Shown here: positions 58,642 through 63,765 of the stretch, one piece after another
Layout: the number at the start of each line of letters is the position of its first letter
Position numbering within the stretch: position 1 is the stretch's first letter
DNA from: an uncultured bacterium
GTDB lineage: Bacteria > Zixibacteria > MSB-5A5 > UBA10806
Direction of reading: 5' to 3'
DNA length: 63,765 nucleotides
NCBI GenBank assembly: GCA_965541585.1
Contig: CBEUCH010000018.1
Coordinates: 1 to 63,765, forward strand
The notes under the pieces: model-generated
Told to the model about the DNA's origin: nothing
The model's input: only the letters and a program-made list of their open reading frames with translations
Databases searched by the model: none
Program-made: the position numbers and the translations under genes

Positions 58642-61600
58642 CTACCTTAATACGGTCATCTTCAGCGTCTTTTGTCTTTCTATCGTTCTCATCTGGCATA
58701 GATAAATCCCTGATGAAACATACTCACCCTTTGAGTTCCGGCCATCCCAGATAACCGTATTCTGGCCGGCAGGCATGGGGCCATCGATGAGCCTTCTGAC
58801 CTCCTGCCCCATTATATTGTATATTCTTAAGGTAACGGCTTGCGGTGAAGACAGATTGAAGCTGATGGCCGTGGTCGGATTAAACGGATTCGGATAAGAA
58901 ATTGCCAGTGCAAAGTCCTCAGGAAGATTACCGGGATCCTCGCCCGGAGCGACCTTTGCCGGTAATGGGTCAGACAGCAGGTAAGGAAAGTATTTGACAT
59001 TCACAAGCTGCGAAAGATTCGGAGGAACCTCGCCCCAATAGTTTTTAATCGCATCTACCGATGTTGAATTGGCATTGTGCAGATCATGGTAGCCAAGGCC
59101 TGGATTTGCATTTTTGAAGGAGTTATTGCCGAAATCGAGTGTAGTTCCGAAATCCGCCCAGCTGCCTGAGGCAACATATGCGCCCTCACTTGAATTGTCC
59201 CAGAACTTGGTCCTTCTAACCGTCGGAGAACTCGACGAACCGGTTATGTAGAGTCCGTTAGTGTGTCCCTCGAAGAGATTGTAGGCCCCTGTACCACCAA
59301 CTATGTCACCGGCTGTATCTTTGTAGTAGACTCCATACGTACCGCTTGAAACCACCTTTGTTTCTGTAATTATGCTGCTGCTGGATACACCGCTGAAGTA
59401 GATCCCTCCCTGGAAAAAGCCATTGATTGAATCGCTCCCGACAAAAACTCTTGGCATCGTCGAGGGAGATTTGAAGGCGTAAATTCCATAATATGATGAC
59501 CCCGCGGTCGAGGGATGGGTTATGGAGCAGTCTTCGTAAACGCCATCGGTATCGCCATAAATTCTGATTCCGTATTTACCGTTAATGAAAGTCGTGGTGG
59601 AAACGGAATCGGTTGATTCATGGGCCAGCAGGCCATAGATGCCGCTATCCTCTACAGTGCTAGCGGTCATATGAAGCTCGCCCTTATAGTTAATCACCCC
59701 GGCCGAAACGTTTTTATAAAAAGTGCAGGTCTTTATAATTCCCAGCGAGTTTTCGCGAAGATAAACGCCGGTGCTATTCCTATTCAGCGTACTGCGTGCG
59801 ACATACAGCTTCCCGCCGTCCCCGTCCACATAGATGCCGTGGCTGCTGTTAGTGCTTATATTGCTAAAGGTAATCTTCGCATCGGTGCTGTCGGCCATAT
59901 CGATTCCCCTGTAAGCCTTTGTGATGGAACAATACGAAAGTGTGCAGGCGGCGTTAGTGCTCAGATAAATACCTTTCCAGTCACCGGACTTAGGTGCCCC
60001 ACCGAGAACTATAAACTTAATCGAATCCGACGACGTGCCATTGGCTATAAGAGTACCGTCGATTTTAAGAAGCGCGTCTTCGAACATGTAAAGATTCGTC
60101 CCCGCCTCTATGACCAGCCTTGAAGTATCGGCCACCGTCAACGTGTCGTAAATGTAGATGTCCCCCGCCCAGGTGGCGTTGGTGTCTAATACCCCCGTGT
60201 AGCCGTAACGGTAGATGTACAGCCCGTCAGACCCGCTCACATAAATATAGCCGTCCGGAGAAAATGGATAAACGCCAAAGGCTTCCCCTTTCCAAGGCCC
60301 CCCGCTGGTTTCAATACCGTGATCATAAAAGCCGGCATGTTTCATAGTGTCAATATCTGTTATATCAAGTATTTGTAAGCCGCGCGAGTACCAGGCATTA
60401 AAGACTAACCGTCCTTTAATGAGGGGGTTATGGACGCCAAGACCCATGTAGCTGAGTTCACCCAGGTCACCACAGTTGCCCGTGCCAAAAGGACATGGCG
60501 TAATATCATCGGGGTCCGTGGCCTCGTCAATTGCCACAGCACCAAAAATGTATTCGTCGGCTGATTCGGCGTCGTCCCAGATGATGTCAAACGCGTTTGC
60601 AAGACTTATAGTCGTATCTCGACTGGGATCGGATACATCCCAGAAATCGTCCACGTCGAATACCCTGAGGCATGGCGCAATCCTTTTATTACAATCAATG
60701 GACCCCTCGTTACCTCCTTCGTCGCCCACTACAAGATATCTGCCGTCATCTGTAAGCCAGCCACTGTGGCTCGTGGGCCCTCTGTCAAGGGTCTCATCAT
60801 TACAGTCAAAGGTTCCGAAGGGATTACTATTGACGACGTCGCCCCGCACTCTGTCATACCAGATTTTCGTCCAGCTGTTGATGTCTCCGTCGCTGCCGTC
60901 AAATTCGACTCTGTAAACGCCGGACTTGAAGGCGAAAATAAACGCCGTGTCCCCTTGAGCATAGAAATCATGGGGCCAGGTATAGACCCCGGTATCGAAA
61001 TCGGAAGACGTCCAGGTCGTCAGCAAAGATGGATTGTCAGGCGTGGCCCCGTTTCTAATTCTAAGTACCGCAACCTCAAATGTATCGTCATCGCTTCTCC
61101 ACCCTTCTGCCAAAAACAGATATTCCCATGTCACAAAAAGGTTATGACAACTTCTTAAGCGTACGTCCTGAGCAGGATCGTCTTCATTGTCAATAAGGTT
61201 CAGTATTGTCGGTACATAAGTATCGGGATTAGAAACCGCATCAGGCAAATAGTAGATCAAAATATATGATGTATCATCTTCTGAATGCGGAAGGAAGTGA
61301 AATGGAGGTTTTTCGCTTGCCAAAAAAGCATAGTCGCCCGATACCTTTACGTCTGCCGCATGAATATGGGGAAGGTCGCCATATCCGAGTGTATCTATTA
61401 CATCTGGATTTGAGGGGTCAGTTGTCTCAATCAAGATCAAACCGGCGTCTTGACTATAATTGCATATAAGGGCGTAATATTTAGAATTTGCGGCGTCATA
61501 CCAGCCCCAAACATCGTACAAACCCCCAATAGTATCGCTGGGGATGTGGCCGATCTCCTGAACATTAAGGCTGTCGTCGACTGCTTGCGACGGCACTACC

Positions 61601-61650
61601 AATGTCAATAACAGAACAGCCGCTAGACATAGGATTTTCTTAAGATACAC
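58642..61650 (-). CDS. Secreted choice-of-anchor B/LVIVD-like propeller + beta-helix protein with FlgD/T9SS-type C-terminal domain
   Basis: DVWGW, CHNL, PHD, SHSGWL, DE, VHNP, AWYSRGLQILDI, GVYPF; parallel beta-helix repeats; SYPNPFNPTT. Confidence 0.8.
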   Translation of the reverse strand: MYLKKILCLAAVLLLTLVVPSQAVDDSLNVQEIGHIPSDTIGGLYDVWGWYDAANSKYYALICNYSQDAGLILIETTDPSNPDVIDTLGYGDLPHIHAADVKVSGDYAFLASEKPPFHFLPHSEDDTSYILIYYLPDAVSNPDTYVPTILNLIDNEDDPAQDVRLRSCHNLFVTWEYLFLAEGWRSDDDTFEVAVLRIRNGATPDNPSLLTTWTSSDFDTGVYTWPHDFYAQGDTAFIFAFKSGVYRVEFDGSDGDINSWTKIWYDRVRGDVVNSNPFGTFDCNDETLDRGPTSHSGWLTDDGRYLVVGDEGGNEGSIDCNKRIAPCLRVFDVDDFWDVSDPSRDTTISLANAFDIIWDDAESADEYIFGAVAIDEATDPDDITPCPFGTGNCGDLGELSYMGLGVHNPLIKGRLVFNAWYSRGLQILDITDIDTMKHAGFYDHGIETSGGPWKGEAFGVYPFSPDGYIYVSGSDGLYIYRYGYTGVLDTNATWAGDIYIYDTLTVADTSRLVIEAGTNLYMFEDALLKIDGTLIANGTSSDSIKFIVLGGAPKSGDWKGIYLSTNAACTLSYCSITKAYRGIDMADSTDAKITFSNISTNSSHGIYVDGDGGKLYVARSTLNRNSTGVYLRENSLGIIKTCTFYKNVSAGVINYKGELHMTASTVEDSGIYGLLAHESTDSVSTTTFINGKYGIRIYGDTDGVYEDCSITHPSTAGSSYYGIYAFKSPSTMPRVFVGSDSINGFFQGGIYFSGVSSSSIITETKVVSSGTYGVYYKDTAGDIVGGTGAYNLFEGHTNGLYITGSSSSPTVRRTKFWDNSSEGAYVASGSWADFGTTLDFGNNSFKNANPGLGYHDLHNANSTSVDAIKNYWGEVPPNLSQLVNVKYFPYLLSDPLPAKVAPGEDPGNLPEDFALAISYPNPFNPTTAISFNLSSPQAVTLRIYNIMGQEVRRLIDGPMPAGQNTVIWDGRNSKGEYVSSGIYLCQMRTIERQKTLKMTVLR

Positions 61651-61685
61651 GCTCCCTCCTTGATGATGCGTAAGTTAGATAGACT

Positions 61686-63107
61686 TTACTTAACCATTAT
61701 CATCGCTTTCGATTCGCGGTAGTCGTCAACATATAATTCATAGAAGTAGATCCCCGTTGCGACATGCTGCCCGCTCTTATCCGCGCCGTCCCAGATATAT
61801 CTGTATTCTCCCGGCTGCTGCACCTCCTTGTTAATGATTGATTTTACAAAATGACCGGTTATGGAAAATATCATCAGACTGACGACGCTGCTTTCAGATA
61901 AAGTGTATGATATAATGGTTTGCGCATTGAACGGATTTGGATAGTTCTGATGCAGTTGAAATCGGTAGGGGCCCGACGGTTCCCCCGGATCTTCAATACC
62001 GACGGTCTGATCGAAATAATAGGCTCCTATATCGGCCCTCGTCCCGTCCGGATCAAGGGAGAAATCCGGATCGCCGGCGTCTATGCAAGGTGAATTTGGC
62101 AACAGGTGATAATCGCCGGAAAATCTGTCAACGAATAATGGGTCGGCTTGAATATCGTGAGGGCCCGGCTCTATCCCGATATAATCTAGGGTCTCGTTGC
62201 CGAAAACCAGATTGTAATCCCAATCGACCTCAGCCGAATCTACTAATTGGCCATAAACCCCGCCGCCATAAAGACTAAATGCAATTATGTTATTCTTGAA
62301 AGAAATATTCTCATTTCGACCGCCTTGCGCACGAAGATGTATTCCTCCACCATCCCCATCATAATTCGATACCCGAGCTGAATTTCCCACGATTGTGTTG
62401 TTATATATTTGTCTATTAGAATTAGGACGTCCGCTTGTATAAATCCCTCCGCCCGCCACAGGTATATATCCACTCGCGGCTTCGTTATCGATAATAAGAT
62501 TATATCTCAGGATACCCGAAACAAATCCTATCCCTCCACCCACTGCGCCGTGAGATGGCGAATAGACTATGTTACCGGAAACTATATTCCCTTCAATAAC
62601 GACATCGTTTATGCCTCCAATACCTGTCCCCGAGTTGTCTTTTACGATGTTATTGCGGATTATCGTATTATGCCTGGAATAAATGCCTCCCCCTCCTCCC
62701 CAAAAGTCTTGCGCATCCTGGATAATGTTACCCACAATGAGAGGTGAACCGGTATAATTCTCAATTATTGCAGGACAATCATAAGGGCATGCGTCATATT
62801 CATAGATAATATTGAATCCTCTCAGCACGCATGTGCTGTCAACCGAATCTCCCTCAATTATCATTATGCCCCTTATAATTGTCACGTCGGGGCCATTAGA
62901 ACTGGTCAGCAGAATATTCTTGTCCTCTATCGCCAATTCCTCAATATACTCCCCTCGTGCCACCAGCACGGTATCGCCGTTTTGGGCGGCATCTATACCT
63001 TCCTGTATGGTGGCGTAGTCTCCGGGGATGTTAATGATGACAGCAGAGGCAACAGGGGCTAAAAGCGCTGACGCTGCAATAGATATTATCACAAATATAG
63101 CTTTCAT
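61686..63107 (-). CDS. Secreted right-handed beta-helix protein with FlgD/T9SS-type C-terminal domain
   Basis: IPGDYATIQEGIDAA..GDTVLV, GGGI repeats, DPLF...SPCIDAGDP...DIGA, QNYPNPFNAQT. Confidence 0.85.
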   Translation of the reverse strand: MKAIFVIISIAASALLAPVASAVIINIPGDYATIQEGIDAAQNGDTVLVARGEYIEELAIEDKNILLTSSNGPDVTIIRGIMIIEGDSVDSTCVLRGFNIIYEYDACPYDCPAIIENYTGSPLIVGNIIQDAQDFWGGGGGIYSRHNTIIRNNIVKDNSGTGIGGINDVVIEGNIVSGNIVYSPSHGAVGGGIGFVSGILRYNLIIDNEAASGYIPVAGGGIYTSGRPNSNRQIYNNTIVGNSARVSNYDGDGGGIHLRAQGGRNENISFKNNIIAFSLYGGGVYGQLVDSAEVDWDYNLVFGNETLDYIGIEPGPHDIQADPLFVDRFSGDYHLLPNSPCIDAGDPDFSLDPDGTRADIGAYYFDQTVGIEDPGEPSGPYRFQLHQNYPNPFNAQTIISYTLSESSVVSLMIFSITGHFVKSIINKEVQQPGEYRYIWDGADKSGQHVATGIYFYELYVDDYRESKAMIMVK

Positions 63108-63140
63108 TGTCAACTCAACTCAAATCGCTTTTACATAAAA

Positions 63141-63169
63141 AAGATAATAACAACCGTTCTAATTGTCAA
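63141..63169 (-). promoter_or_regulatory. Putative sigma-70 promoter
   Basis: TTGACA-N17-TATCTT upstream of the gene starting at 63107. Confidence 0.5.
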
Positions 63170-63172
63170 GAA

Positions 63173-63763
63173 CTATTTTATCATTATCATCGCTTTCGAT
63201 TCGCGGTAATCGTCAACGTACAGTTCATAGAAGTAGATCCCCGTTGCTACGCGTTGCCCGCTCTTATCTTCTCCGTTCCAGATATATCTGTACTCTCCTC
63301 CTGGTTGCACCTCCTTGTTGACGATTGACTTGATAAAATGACCGGTTATAGAAAATATCATCAGACTGACAGCACTGCTTTCAGATAAAGTGTATGATAT
63401 AATGGTTTGCGCATTGAAGGGATTTGGATAGTTTTGATGGAGTTGAAACTGATATGGCCCGGACGGCTCCGCCGGATCATCAATCCCAACCGGCTGATCG
63501 AAATAATATGCGCCGATATCAGCCCTGCTGCCATCTGGATCTAATGGGAAATCCGGGTCACCCGCGTCTATGCAGGGCGAGTTGGGGAGAAGACTGTAAT
63601 CCCCGGAGAACCTGTCAACGAATAATGGATCGGCTTGAACATCATGGGGGCCAGGCTCGATGCCTATGTAGTCGCCACCGCCGTTCCCAAAGACCAGATT
63701 GTAATCCCATTCCACATAGCCGGAGTCAAGAATGATGGCATAGACACCACCGCCATAGGGGTT
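63173..63763 (-). CDS. Tandem paralog of the beta-helix/sorting-domain protein; 5'-partial
   Basis: Frame open to the window edge (NPYGGGVYAIILDSGYVEWDYN...); C-terminal 180 aa nearly identical to the neighbouring gene. Confidence 0.85.
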   Translation of the reverse strand, partial: NPYGGGVYAIILDSGYVEWDYNLVFGNGGGDYIGIEPGPHDVQADPLFVDRFSGDYSLLPNSPCIDAGDPDFPLDPDGSRADIGAYYFDQPVGIDDPAEPSGPYQFQLHQNYPNPFNAQTIISYTLSESSAVSLMIFSITGHFIKSIVNKEVQPGGEYRYIWNGEDKSGQRVATGIYFYELYVDDYRESKAMIMIK

Positions 63764-63765
63764 GA

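Overview
Bacterial window. The many secreted proteins with C-terminal 'NYPNPFN' sorting domains suggest an FCB-group host such as Zixibacteria (inference). Most of the window is a tandem array of genomic islands separated by three same-orientation copies of a tRNA-Ser 3'-end core (6803, 38534, 57592), each with IHF-like sites and matching arm-type repeats. Island A (about 6803-38560, 31.8 kb) carries an intact tyrosine integrase, an excisionase, a frameshifted primase/helicase, a PC4-like ssDNA-binding protein and its own sigma-54 activator, which is divergent from a -24/-12 promoter upstream of the replication genes. Its cargo is (i) a Liv-type ABC transporter interrupted by a ThiH/HydG/NosL-family radical SAM gene, (ii) an Eco57I-like methyltransferase plus a PLD-helicase, and (iii) a 12-gene run joining an RsbRST-X stressosome, a two-component pair, a receiver-KaiA-like (KaiA3-type) protein, KaiB, KaiC and output kinase/regulator genes. 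Segment B (38561-57591) has no integrase. It carries an anammox/Nitrospira-type periplasmic nitrite oxidoreductase/nitrate reductase cluster and a five-gene porin-multiheme cytochrome conduit (20 and 28 hemes). The flanks hold an S8 protease, a GIY-YIG-RAMA nuclease with a tiny zinc-finger ORF, an integrase pseudogene and tandem secreted beta-helix/propeller proteins. No CRISPR array, rRNA or complete tRNA was found. Family assignments come from motif recognition only; no searches were run.
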